DNA of 63,629 bases, the filler included, from Octopus bimaculoides (lineage: Eukaryota): assembly GCF_001194135.2 (NCBI RefSeq). It is 8 parts of 8 records of this genome, joined end to end, with 100 filler letters (N's around TTAATTAATTAA, not from the genome) between each part and the next. Parts side by side here need not be neighbours in the genome. Positions count along the whole stretch, not along the records: positions 1 to 8,361 come from NW_026309274.1; positions 8,462 to 11,827 come from NW_026379694.1; 6 more parts are not named here. The stretch is one strand, 5' to 3'. The notes under the pieces are model-generated. The model saw nothing but the letters and a program-made list of their open reading frames with translations, did no database searches and was not told where the DNA came from. Position 1 is the stretch's first letter. Every line of letters begins with the position of its first letter. The position numbers and the translations under genes are program-made. Below, piece after piece: positions 1 to 10,778 of the stretch.

Positions 1-37
<37 letters not shown>

Positions 38-944
38 CACACAGGGTAATTTATTTAATAAAAATCAAGGCTTTAAAATCGACATTTATGGGATGGTCCA
101 GCCTCTTCACTAATAACTGAGTTAGAATGCCAAGTTAGAATGTAGCAAAGATGAAATATGAAAGAAATCAGTGATCAAATCAAAGCCAAATCAAACGGTC
201 ATACACGTCAATTCGGAGTAAGCGTTGATGGATTTACAGCAGGTAATGATGAAGGTGTTGAAAAAGTCATTAGTTAGGAAATGAATTAAGACGTGAGATA
301 TTTTATGAATGATATCAAAAGAAAGAATAATGTCTAATCACGTTAACTGATACACTTTGTTGAGAGATGATGTCCTGGCAAAAAGTTCTCCGCGATACAA
401 TGATTGCAGGGTTTATAACGCCTCTGATATACTTTAGCTTTAGTAAGTATGCCTCATTTAAAACTATAACGTATTCTATTGTCATTTGACGACCAGATAT
501 GGAGAGAACAACTCGAATATCATCAGGACGCTCCAAAGCAGCAATTCATTCTTTTCTTGTAATATTGTTATATGCTTCTCTTTTAGCACCGGTTATCAAG
601 CGGTGTGGGGGAAACATACATACACATACATACGACGGACTTCTTAGCACTAAATTCGAGATGAAACTGAAGCGATCGTTCTTTCAAATATATTTTTCAA
701 AATTTTCCGGAAGAAAGTATACCTGATATCCCTTAGCATTCTCATCATGTTCTTCTTGATGAAAATACTGACGAGAGTTTAGTAAAAGCGAAAAGACTCT
801 CTTCTTCATTTAAAACTCTACAAATAGAATAAATCTCTGTAGAGAAGAAAGATTACTTGTTCTTCTTAGCGAAGAAAGATGCGTTCAAAACACTATCGGT
901 TCCATTCTGCAGGGTGTAACTGTTCTTTGACAGAATTCCAGAAG

Positions 945-1257
945 TCTTGGGCCGACCACAACCTTGTGAGTGAATTTGGTAGAAAGAAACTGAAAGAAGC
1001 CCGTCGTATATATGTATATATATATATATGTGAGTGTGTCTGTGTGTATATATATACATGTGTGTGTATGTTTTTGTCTGTATTTGCCCCTATACTGCTT
1101 GACGACTGGCGTTATTGTGACTGCGCCCCCGTAACTTAGTGGTTCGATAAAAGGGGCTCGGTAGAATGAGTACCAAGCTTTCATTCAACCAAAAACTCAA
1201 AACTGAGCACCAGCATGGCCACAGTCAAATGACTGAAAGAATTAAAAGGTAAAAGAT
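945..1257 (+). mobile_element. SINE family A (bipartite tRNA-derived SINE with internal microsatellite), 5'-truncated
   Basis: ...GGAAACTGAAAGAAGCCCGTCG-(TA)n(TG)n-right module ending CCAGCATGGCCACAGTCAAATGACTGAAA. Confidence 0.8.
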
Positions 1258-1288
1258 GAAAAACATTTACACACACACACACACACAG

Positions 1289-1358
<70 letters not shown>

Positions 1359-1799
1359 ATGTATATATGTTTATATATGTGTGTGTATATGCATAGATTG
1401 TCTGAAGTGATTTGCAGATCTTATATATTAAGAAAAAAGAGGTAGTCAGAATTTGGATAAGAACCATAATTTTAGTTCTTTCATCTCAATATATATATTT
1501 ATATATGTATGTATGTATATATGCATGTATGCACGTATGTATGCATATATGTATTATGTATGCATGTGCGTACGTGTGTATATCAAGTACTGACGTTGAT
1601 AGTGGCAACAAACGCTCGCCCCATGAAATTGGTGCTTTTTTTCTTAAAACATGCGTGTGTATGTGTGCGCGCGCCATGTTTGTCTTCGTGTGTATGAATG
1701 TGTCATTGTTTGCGCATGCGTTGTGTATCCGTTTTGTATGCGTTGTCTGTGCGCTATAAACTGTTGAAGAACACGGCGGTGGTTTGCTTTCTCTGATAA

Positions 1800-2290
1800 T
1801 TGTTGTTGATGATGACGATGATGATGATAATGATGATGATGATGTTGACGACAACGACGACGATGATGATGATGATGATAGTGATGATGATAGTGATGAC
1901 GATTATGGTGATGATGATGATGATGATAACAATGATGATAATGATGACGATGATGATGATGATAATGATGATGATGACGTTGATGATGATGACGATGATG
2001 ATGATGATCATAATGATCATGATAATGATGAGGATGATGGTGATGACAGTGTTGATGATGATGATGATGATGCCGATAGTGATTGATGATCGTTGATGGT
2101 GCCGATAATATTGATAGTCACGATGATAGCGATGCTGATGATGATCGTGATGACGACGATGATGACGATGATGGTGGTGATGATGACGATAACGAGAACG
2201 ATTAAGGTGATAATGATAATGATGATAATGAGTACGCTACTGCTGCTGTTGTTGTTGGTGCTGCTGCTGGTGCTGCTGATAATTCTTATG
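1800..2290. repeat. Compound (GAT)n/(GAC)n/(CTG)n microsatellite tract
   Basis: Trinucleotide repeats giving poly-D, poly-M and poly-I frames. Confidence 0.95.
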
Positions 2291-3391
2291 ATGGTGACGG
2301 GGCATGCAAAGAAAAAAAAAACTCAGAAAAATAGAAGCTTCTTGATAAAATAGAATTTAAAAGACTTCAGAAATAAAAATCAAAAAAAAATCCATCACTA
2401 AAAAAGCAAAACAGTATAATATCCTAAAACAAACAAAAAACATACAGAATATAAAACGAAAGACCACAAAATGATGAAAAACACCCCAAAATAACAAAAA
2501 AGCAAAAATAAACAAAGAATATAATAGAAACAAAATGGCCCCTGTTTTTTTCACAAAATGGCGAATGTGTTACTTTCAACACGGCGTTGATGATCTGCTA
2601 TTTTGAGTTTAATTGATCGGAAAACGTTAGTTCTGCTGGACGTGTAGTGGTTGGAAAAATAGGAGGAGTTGTCGTGTTGAAGAATGGAATTGTCACTAAA
2701 TTTTCTCGGTTCCTATTGACCGTTTTAAGAAAGAGGAAAAAAAAAAATATTCAATCAGCGATTAAAATCATTTATCCATTCATCCACCGATACCTTCCAA
2801 CCGCCTTTCTGCCATCTGCTGATCCATTCGTCCGTGTATCCGTGTATTCACGCAGCTGTTACACACCAAACACCATGTATCATACTGCAACCACAAGCAG
2901 CAACAAANNNNNNNNNNNNNNNNNNNNNNNNNNNNNNNNNNNNNNNNNNNNNNNNNNNNNNNNNNNNNNNNNNNNNNNNNNNNNNNNNNNNNNNNNNNNN
3001 NNNNNNNNNNNNNNNNNNNNNNNNNNNNNNNNNNNNNNNNNNNNNNNNNNNNNNNNNNNNNNNNNNNNNNNNNNNNNNNNNNNNNNNNNNNNNNNNNNNN
3101 NNNNNNNNNNNNNNNNNNNNNNNNNNNNNNNNNNNNNNNNNNNNNNNNNNNNNNNNNNNNNNNNNNNNNNNNNNNNNNNNNNNNNNNNNNNNNNNNNNNN
3201 NNNNNNNNNNNNNNNNNNNNNNNNNNNNNNNNNNNNNNNNNNNNNNNNNNNNNNNNNNNNNNNNNNNNNNNNNNNNNNNNNNNNNNNNNNNNNNNNNNNN
3301 NNNNTGCCTGTCTGTTTGTGTGTGCATATGTGTGTGTGTGTGTGTGTGTGTGTGTCTGTCTGTGTGCCTGTCTGTCTGTCTGTCTGTCTTT

Positions 3392-3755
3392 TCTTCTTTT
3401 ATTTGTTTCAGTCATTCGCCTTTAGTCGAACAAACCAACCCCAGGACGTATTCTCTGTAACCACCCTAGTACTTATTCTATCGATCTCTTTCGCCGAACC
3501 GCTAGGTAAGGGGGACGTAAACACGTCAACATCGGTTGTCAGGCGATGGTGGGGAGACTAACATCGACACACAAAGATATACATATGTTTATATACGACA
3601 GGCTTCTTTCAGTATCCGTCAACCAAATTCACTCACAAGGATTTGTTTGGCACGAGGCTATAGCGGAAGACACTGGCCCAAGTTGCCACGCAGTGGGAGG
3701 GAACTCAGAACCATGTGGTTGGGAAGCAAGCTGCTTACCACACAACCACACCTGC
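3392..3755 (-). mobile_element. SINE family A, near full-length
   Basis: Head GCAGGTGTGGTTGTGTGGTAAG (A-box-like) through the right module, with a small deletion at the GGCCATGCTGGAGCAC motif. Confidence 0.85.
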
Positions 3756-3812
3756 ATTTATATATAGTTCTGATTGTCTGTTTGTGTGTCTGTCGGTCAG
3801 TCTTTTCGTCAA

Positions 3813-3853
<41 letters not shown>

Positions 3854-3861
3854 TTCTATAT

Positions 3862-3913
<52 letters not shown>

Positions 3914-4125
3914 CTTAAGGTGGTGCTCCAGCATGGCCGCAGTTAGAGTAAAAGACAGAAAGAATATTGGTGCAGGAGTGGCTGTGTGATAAGATTGCTT
4001 CTCAACCACATGGTTCCGGGTTCAGTCCTAATGGGTGTTACCTTGGGCAAGTGTCTTCTAGTACAGTCTCGGGCTGACAAAAGCCTTGTGAAAGGATTCG
4101 GCAGACGGAAACTGAAAGAAGACAT
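3914..4125 (+). mobile_element. SINE family A: tail of one copy abutting the head and left module of another
   Basis: GGTGCTCCAGCATGGCCGCAG tail, then GGAGTGGCTGTGTG...GGTTCAGTCC (B box)...CCTTGGGCAAGTGTCTTC (CORE-like motif). Confidence 0.85.
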
Positions 4126-4333
4126 TCATATATATATCTATCTATATATATATATATATATCCATTCCTCCCCACCTCTCTCTCTAGGGATACACTCGCA
4201 CTCACACACACATGCACGCTCACACGCACACGCACACATATATATCTCTTTTACATAACACTCCTTACTAGTCTCTCTCTATCCTTTTCCAGCTCCACTC
4301 TCGTGTCTATTCGTTTCTTCCACAACAAACCCC

Positions 4334-4387
<54 letters not shown>

Positions 4388-5358
4388 GTATATGTATATG
4401 AATACACATGCATACATACATACATACATGCATACATACATTCACAATACACTCACACACACATATGTATGTATTTCCCTGTATATTTGTATCTGTATCT
4501 CACTCTCTCTTTATCTGTCTCTCTGCGTATCTCTCGCTCTACCCCCCTCTCTCTCTCTCTGTTTATCTCTCACTACATCTCTGTCACTTTCTATCTACTT
4601 TTCCTCTCTTCCTCTCCCCTCTATCAACTCCCTCACTCTATTCCACTCACCTCCCACTACTCCTCTATTTAATGACTCGTGTGAAATGTCAACATTCAGT
4701 TCAATTTCACTTTAAATGATTTAATCTAATCCAATTACGATTTGGTGTCATATGACGTCACACTAATTGCAATAATCTCCTTTAATGGTTTTTCCCCACT
4801 TTCTTTTATTTCCTTGTGGTTTTCTTGTTGTTGTTGTTGTTGCTATTGCGGTTGACGATGTTCTTCGCGAAGTCGAGCTTCTTGTTGTTACTCCTGTCGT
4901 CGATGAGGTTTTGTGTTTGTTGCTGTTGTTGTTGTGATATTTGTAACTTCATTGTTATTGGTTTTGCAAGAGTTCTTGTAGTTGTTGTGTTCGTGTTTTT
5001 GTTTGTGGTTGTTATTGATGTTCACGTCAGCTTGTATTTTTTTAAAAATTCATTTGGTTTGTTTCTTTAATCATAGTTGTCGTTGTTACTGGTGTGGTTC
5101 TTGAGTCATTGTCGATATTGTTGTTCGTGCTGTTGTGGTCGTTATAACAGCTGCTGTTGATCCTGTGTTCTCATTACAAATGCCGTGGTTACCTTGTTGC
5201 TGTCGTTCTTGTTGTTGCAAAATCGAATCGGGCAGAATTTGAGCTCAAAACGTAAAGATCCTCAAGAAATACTGCGAAGCATTTTATTCGACATGCTAAT
5301 GACTTTGCAAACCGACCGCTTTAATTACAATTATACATCCGTATCATTATTCTCTAGT

Positions 5359-5605
5359 GGAGGCGCGTGGCTTAGTGGTTAGGGTGTCAGCATCATGATC
5401 GTAAGATTGTGGTTTCGATTCCTGGACCGGGCAACGCGTTGTGTTCTTCAGCAAAACACTTCGTTTCACGTTGCTCCAGTTCACTTAGCTGGCAAAAATG
5501 AGTAACGCTTCGATAGACTAGCGTCCCGTCCAGCTGGAGAACACACACGCCATTGAAACCGGGAAATCGGGCTCATGAGCATGGATAGGCTTTAAAAGGG
5601 CGCAT
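5359..5605 (+). mobile_element. tRNA-derived SINE, family C, full-length-looking
   Basis: A box TGGCTTAGTGG and B box GGTTTCGATTCC, followed by a non-tRNA body GTGTTCTTCAGCAAAACACTTC...CAGCTGGCAAAAATGAGT. Confidence 0.8.
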
Positions 5606-5689
5606 TTATTTTTGTTTTATCATTATTCTCTGACTTGGCGAGGGGACAGAATCGTTAGCACGCCGGACGAAATGCTTAGCGGTACTGAA

Positions 5690-5720
<31 letters not shown>

Positions 5721-5934
5721 CCTTCCTACTGGAGGCACATGGTCTCAAATTTGTGGGGAGGGGGTCTAGTTGATTACATCGACCGCAGTGTTCCACTAGT
5801 ACCTAATTTACCGACCCGGAAAGAATGAAAGGCAAAATCGACCTCGGTGGAATTGGAACTCGGAACGTAGCGACGGGTGAAATATTGCTAAGCGTTTCGT
5901 CCAGCATGTTAACCATTTTGCCACCTCGCAGCCT
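5721..5934 (-). mobile_element. SINE family B (tRNA head plus GCCTTTCATCCTTTCGGGGTCGATAAA-type central domain), flanked by (AAT)n
   Basis: Matches the full-length copy at 38895-39113 in reverse. The central domain resembles the Deu/Nin SINE domain as recalled. Confidence 0.8.
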
Positions 5935-6611
5935 TAAATAATAATAATAATAATAATAATAACAAGAGCAACAAGAAAAATCAGATTATTAATATTTTAT
6001 GATAATGATAAGAACAGCAATGATACCACCACCACCATCAACATCAACACTACCAACAACAACAAAANNNNNNNNNNNNNNNNNNNNNNNNNNNNNNNNN
6101 NNNNNNNNNNNNNNNNNNNNNNNNNNNNNNNNNNNNNNNNNNNNNNNNNNNNNNNNNNNNNNNNNNNNNNNNNNNNNNNNNNNNNNNNNNNNNNNNNNNN
6201 NNNNNNNNNNNNNNNNNNNNNNNNNNNNNNNNNNNNNNNNNNNNNNNNNNNNNNNNNNNNNNNNNNNNNNNNNNNNNNNNNNNNNNNNNNNNNNNNNNNN
6301 NNNNNNNNNNNNNNNNNNNNNNNNNNNNNNNNNNNNNNNNNNNNNNNNNNNNNNNNNNNNNNNNNNNNNNNNNNNNNNNNNNNNNNNNNNNNNNNNNNNN
6401 NNNNNNNNNNNNNNNNNNNNNNNNNNNNNNNNNNNNNNNNNNNNNNNNNNNNNNNNNNNNNNNNNNNNNNNNNNNNNNNNNNNNNNNNNNNTGAGTTCAT
6501 GATTAATCACGTGTAAAAGAAACTAAAAATATAATTTTTAGCACGCATCATCTTTTAAGTGATTGAAAAAATATTTACATTAGACAAAATACATCTTTCA
6601 AATAACCAACA

Positions 6612-6622
6612 AAATAATAATG

Positions 6623-6711
<89 letters not shown>

Positions 6712-6727
6712 AATAATAATAATAATG

Positions 6728-6776
<49 letters not shown>

Positions 6777-6800
6777 TGATGATGATAATGATAATGATAT
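6612..6800. repeat. (AAT)n/(AAC)n microsatellite
   Basis: Read directly. Confidence 0.95.
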
Positions 6801-6849
6801 GCCGAAGACAGAAATACTAATACAACCCAGCGAGACAACTGAAAAATAA

Positions 6850-7296
6850 CTCTCAAAAACTGGAATATCTACAATTTCCTGTGAATATCTTAGATTTTCC
6901 TCAAAGTAAGTTAAGAAACTTACATATCTACAGCTTTCGAACACACAAATGATCATCTTTAAAAACCTTAATATCTACAACTTCTGTGAATACCTATCCT
7001 TTCCTTTCTGCTTGAGTATTCGAAAATGTAAACATCCTTTTTTTTTATTCTAAGAACACTACAGTTTTCTGTGTTCGGACATATAAACAATCGTCTCTAG
7101 TAAATTTTAAAACTTTAGTATCTATAATTTTCTGTGAAAATTTTTATCCTCCTTTACTTTCATTTTCTGTCTCCCTGAGTATTCGAAAATGTAAGCATTC
7201 CTTTTATTGCAAAAAACATTACAGTTTTCTCTGGTCGAACGTACAAACAATCATCTTTAGATAGTTTAAAAACTTGAATATTTACAATTTTCTGTA
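6850..7296. repeat. Degenerate tandem repeat, unit about 150-160 bp, about 3 copies
   Basis: ATAT(C/T)TA(C/T)AA(T/C)TT..CTGT recurs near 6866, 6971, 7118 and 7277. GAGTATTCGAAAATGTAA occurs at 7014 and 7177. Confidence 0.75.
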
Positions 7297-7303
7297 ACGC
7301 AAA

Positions 7304-7560
7304 GTCGATTCCGACAGTATTTGAACTCAATGCGTTAAGACTGAAGAAATGCCGCTAAGCATTTTATCTGGTGTGTTAACGGTTGTACCAGCACGTTGCC
7401 TTAACAGCAAAAACAAAAACAAAAAAAAAAACAAAACAATAATGATATCATATTTTGGCACATCGACCCCAGCAATGAACTTCAACTCAGAAACGTAAAG
7501 ACGGACGAAATGCCTCATATTATTTTGTTCGGCATGCTAAGTATTCTGACAGCTTGCCGC
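7304..7560 (-). mobile_element. Two partial SINE family B heads in tandem
   Basis: Two occurrences of TTTGAACTCA/CTTCAACTCAG...GAAATGCC...CATTTT...GC(T)AA. Confidence 0.7.
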
Positions 7561-8055
7561 ATTAATAACAACAATTATAATAAAAATGATAATAATAATT
7601 GCAACAACAGCAACAAAAACACTTTCTAATAAATAAACAGTTACGATTACATTGCGTGAAATGTGTTCTTTGGCTTCAAGATCTTTGGAACCTGTGAACC
7701 ATATTCTATAAGCATGTTTGAACCAAACATATTAGGTTTTACGTCACTTATTAGGTTTACTTAGCGCGCGAATAAGCAACAGAGCGAGTCATTCACTGCG
7801 CGGAGCGATGCGTAATACACACAGATTAATACCGGGAGTTATTAAGTTGGAGAGAATCATGGAATTTCCGTTCTTCCATTCTAGTATTCTCTTCTATTTT
7901 TTAAGATTGTTTTTATTTTTAAATATATTTTTTGCTTTGCCTGTTTCAGTCAATGAAGTGTAACCACACAGGGGTAGCCCCTTTTAAGGATTCATCAACC
8001 GGTTAATATCAAAACCGAGTACATATTTTCCCAACAAACAGTAGGAAAATATATA

Positions 8056-8100
<45 letters not shown>

Positions 8101-8294
8101 CTACATGAATGAAAGATGTGAGACAAACTGGAAAAATGGGCGGGATTTGAACTAAGAAATTTAAATGAATGTAACCAAAGAAATTAAATAAATAAATAAG
8201 CAACTGACAAAAAAAATAATAAACGTGTTAGTTGTTGCACATAGATACACAAGCGGTAATAGTAATACGGACGAGAATACATACACGCAAACAA

Positions 8295-8361
<67 letters not shown>

Positions 8362-8461
8362 NNNNNNNNNNNNNNNNNNNNNNNNNNNNNNNNNNNNNNN
8401 NNNNNTTAATTAATTAANNNNNNNNNNNNNNNNNNNNNNNNNNNNNNNNNNNNNNNNNNNN
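8362..8461. other. Scaffolding join marker (44 N + TTAATTAATTAA + 44 N)
   Basis: Exactly 100 bp; identical to six others. Confidence 0.95.
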
Positions 8462-8662
8462 GTAGAAATGAGTTGCGACGTCACAGGTGCCAAGCTATAT
8501 CAGCCTTTGCCGTTCCCTTGGATAACACTGGTGGCATAGAGAGGGGAGGCCAGTATGCATGAGCGACTGCTGGTCTTCTATAAACAACCTTGCCCAGACT
8601 TGTGCCTGGGAGGGTAACTTTCCAGGTGCAATCCCATGGTCAGTCATGACCGAAGGGGGTCT
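8462..8662 (+). mobile_element. 3' part of another SINE-like dispersed repeat (family D)
   Basis: GC-richer 200-bp body ending GACCGAAGGGGGTCT followed by (TA)n, cut at 5' by a join. Recognised by recall only; there is no second full copy in the window. Confidence 0.45.
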
Positions 8663-8664
8663 CA

Positions 8665-8699
<35 letters not shown>

Positions 8700-8700
<1 letters not shown>

Positions 8701-8866
8701 GGAGGTTATGAGCGGTAGTGGTGTCAATTAGACCCAGAGGTTTCAGGTAATGCTGAGTAAGTGCTATGAATAGACCATAGTTAAGTTCCAGGTTCGGTGA
8801 TTATGCGAATAAGGGGTCCAACGTAGGTCATATATCAGCGTGTGAATATAAGGATTTACTTTTCAT
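8700..8866. repeat. Third copy (opposite orientation) of the ~170-bp unit duplicated at 50040-50582
   Basis: GGAGGTTATGAGC...GGATTTACTTTTCAT is the reverse complement of the 50 kb unit with scattered substitutions. It is cut by an N gap. Confidence 0.8.
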
Positions 8867-9544
8867 NNNNNNNNNNNNNNNNNNNNNNNNNNNNNNNNNN
8901 NNNNNNNNNNNNNNNNNNNNNNNNNNNNNNNNNNNNNNNNNNNNNNNNNNNNNNNNNNNNNNNNNNNNNNNNNNNNNNNNNNNNNNNNNNNNNNNNNNNN
9001 NNNNNNNNNNNNNNNNNNNNNNNNNNNNNNNNNNNNNNNNNNNNNNNNNNNNNNNNNNNNNNNNNNNNNNNNNNNNNNNNNNNNNNNNNNNNNNNNNNNN
9101 NNNNNNNNNNNNNNNNNNNNNNNNNNNNNNNNNNNNNNNNNNNNNNNNNNNNNNNNNNNNNNNNNNNNNNNNNNNNNNNNNNNNNNNNNNNNNNNNNNNN
9201 NNNNNNNNNNNNNNNNNNNNNNNNNNNNNNNNNNNNNNNNNNNNNNNNNNNNNNNNNNNNNNNNNNNNNNNNNNNNNNNNNNNNNNNNNNNNNNNNNNNN
9301 NNNNNNNNNNNNNNNNNNNNNNNNNNNNNNNNNNNNNNNNNNNNNNNNNNNNNCCCTCTCTCTTGTATATCACATGATATACAGACGGAGGGAGAGAGAC
9401 AGAGACAGAGACAAACAGACAGACAGAGACAGACAGAGACAAACAGACAGACAGAGACAGAGACAAATAGACAGACAGATTCATTCATTTACTACCTGTT
9501 TTCCCATACTAGCATGGGTTGGATGACGACATATTTCAGCACAT

Positions 9545-9965
9545 GTGGATTGCTACTAGAAGTAAATGTGGTAACAGGTAGACCACAAGAAAAATGTAGT
9601 GGGTAGAATGATAGATTGTGTTTTGAAAGATGATGAAGCAGAATGTAGGAAGACAGAAGAACTGTTACTGGAAGAGAATGAAGTAGAAGGTAGAAAGGAC
9701 AGGTGGATTTTTACTAGAAGAGAATGAAGTAGGTGTAGAAGAAAGAACAGGTGGGTTGATACTAGAAGTGAGGGAAATGAGGCTTAAGTGGATAGTTGGA
9801 TTGTTATTAGACAAGAATGAGGTCAGGGTAGAAAGAGAGGTAGATTGTAATGGAAAGAGGGTGAAGTAGGGGATGGAAAATACAGGTGGCTTGTTAGTGG
9901 AAAGGAACGAAATGGGTCATGGGTAGAGAAATAGGTGGACTGTTATTTGAAACATAATGAGGTAA
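9545..9965. repeat. Purine-rich degenerate minisatellite, unit about 45-48 bp, about 8-9 copies
   Basis: Recurrent AGGTGG(A)TTGTTACTAGAAGAGAATGAAGTAG..GTAGAAA pattern. Confidence 0.7.
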
Positions 9966-10357
9966 GGTTATTTCAGTCATATCTGACAGGGAAGGAATAA
10001 ATCGTGACTGTTCTGGAATGAAAGAACTACGGGAACTAACTTACCTCACCTTGTGGAATGTGGGCGTTTACACACACATATATATGGGCTGTTATGAATG
10101 TTTTGGGGGAGAGGAGGAGGAGCAGGAGGAAGAGGAGGAGGTTTAAGTGAGTATGAGCCTGGGAAAGTATGTGTCTATTTCCCAATAACTGTCACAAACA
10201 CACACACACACAGACACACAAACACAGCCATTATTATTCTGAACATGAATGAGTGATTTTTTTCATGAGTTTCTGTATGTATTATATACACTCCCTCTTT
10301 GTCTTTATTTTCTATACATACATATATGCAGACACACACACAAACAAACACATACAG

Positions 10358-10409
<52 letters not shown>

Positions 10410-10411
<2 letters not shown>

Positions 10412-10640
10412 CTGCATGGTACCTTGGGCAAGTGTCTTCTGCTATAGCCTTGGGCCAACCAAAGCCTTGTGAGTGGATTTAGTAGACAGGAACTGAAAGA
10501 CACCATCGCTGCTTGACAACTGGTACTGGTGGGTCTATGTCCCCATAATTTGCAATTTGACAAAAGAGACTGATAGAATTAGTATCAGGCTTTAAAACAT
10601 TAAGCACTGGAGGTTGATACATTTGATAAAAATTCTTCAC
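10410..10640 (+). mobile_element. SINE family A, CpG-decayed, modules fused without the microsatellite
   Basis: CCTTGGGCAAGTGTCTTC...GGAACTGAAAGA directly joined to CACCATCGCTGCTTGACAAC. Confidence 0.75.
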
Positions 10641-10715
10641 TCTGGTACCCTGAAGCAGCCACAGTCTAATGATTGGAATAAGTAAAAGATAAAAGGAAGA
10701 TGAAGATATATATAC

Positions 10716-10769
<54 letters not shown>

Positions 10770-10778
10770 CCATATATA

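Noticed and set aside
768-804. CTGACGAG...CGAAA hammerhead-like core
   Set aside because: The core words and a 4-bp stem III are present, but stem II has two mismatches next to the closing pair and stem I does not form; probably chance.
1784-2353. Poly-D, poly-M and poly-I ORFs, and similar poly-N, poly-L and HT/YI/CV-repeat ORFs across the window
   Set aside because: They are translations of tri-, di- and tetranucleotide microsatellites, open in several frames, with no splice or domain support.
2647-3561. Long ORFs containing X runs (here and at the other N gaps)
   Set aside because: Their length comes from N gaps, which contain no stop codons.
5359-5430. SINE heads as functional tRNA genes (also at 30543, 38895 and 44276)
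   Set aside because: A and B boxes are present, but there is no closed cloverleaf or acceptor stem, and each continues into a SINE body.
8406-8417. TTAATTAATTAA repeated seven times, as a possible regulatory or spacer motif
   Set aside because: It is always centred in exactly 100 bp of N, so it is an artificial scaffolding linker.
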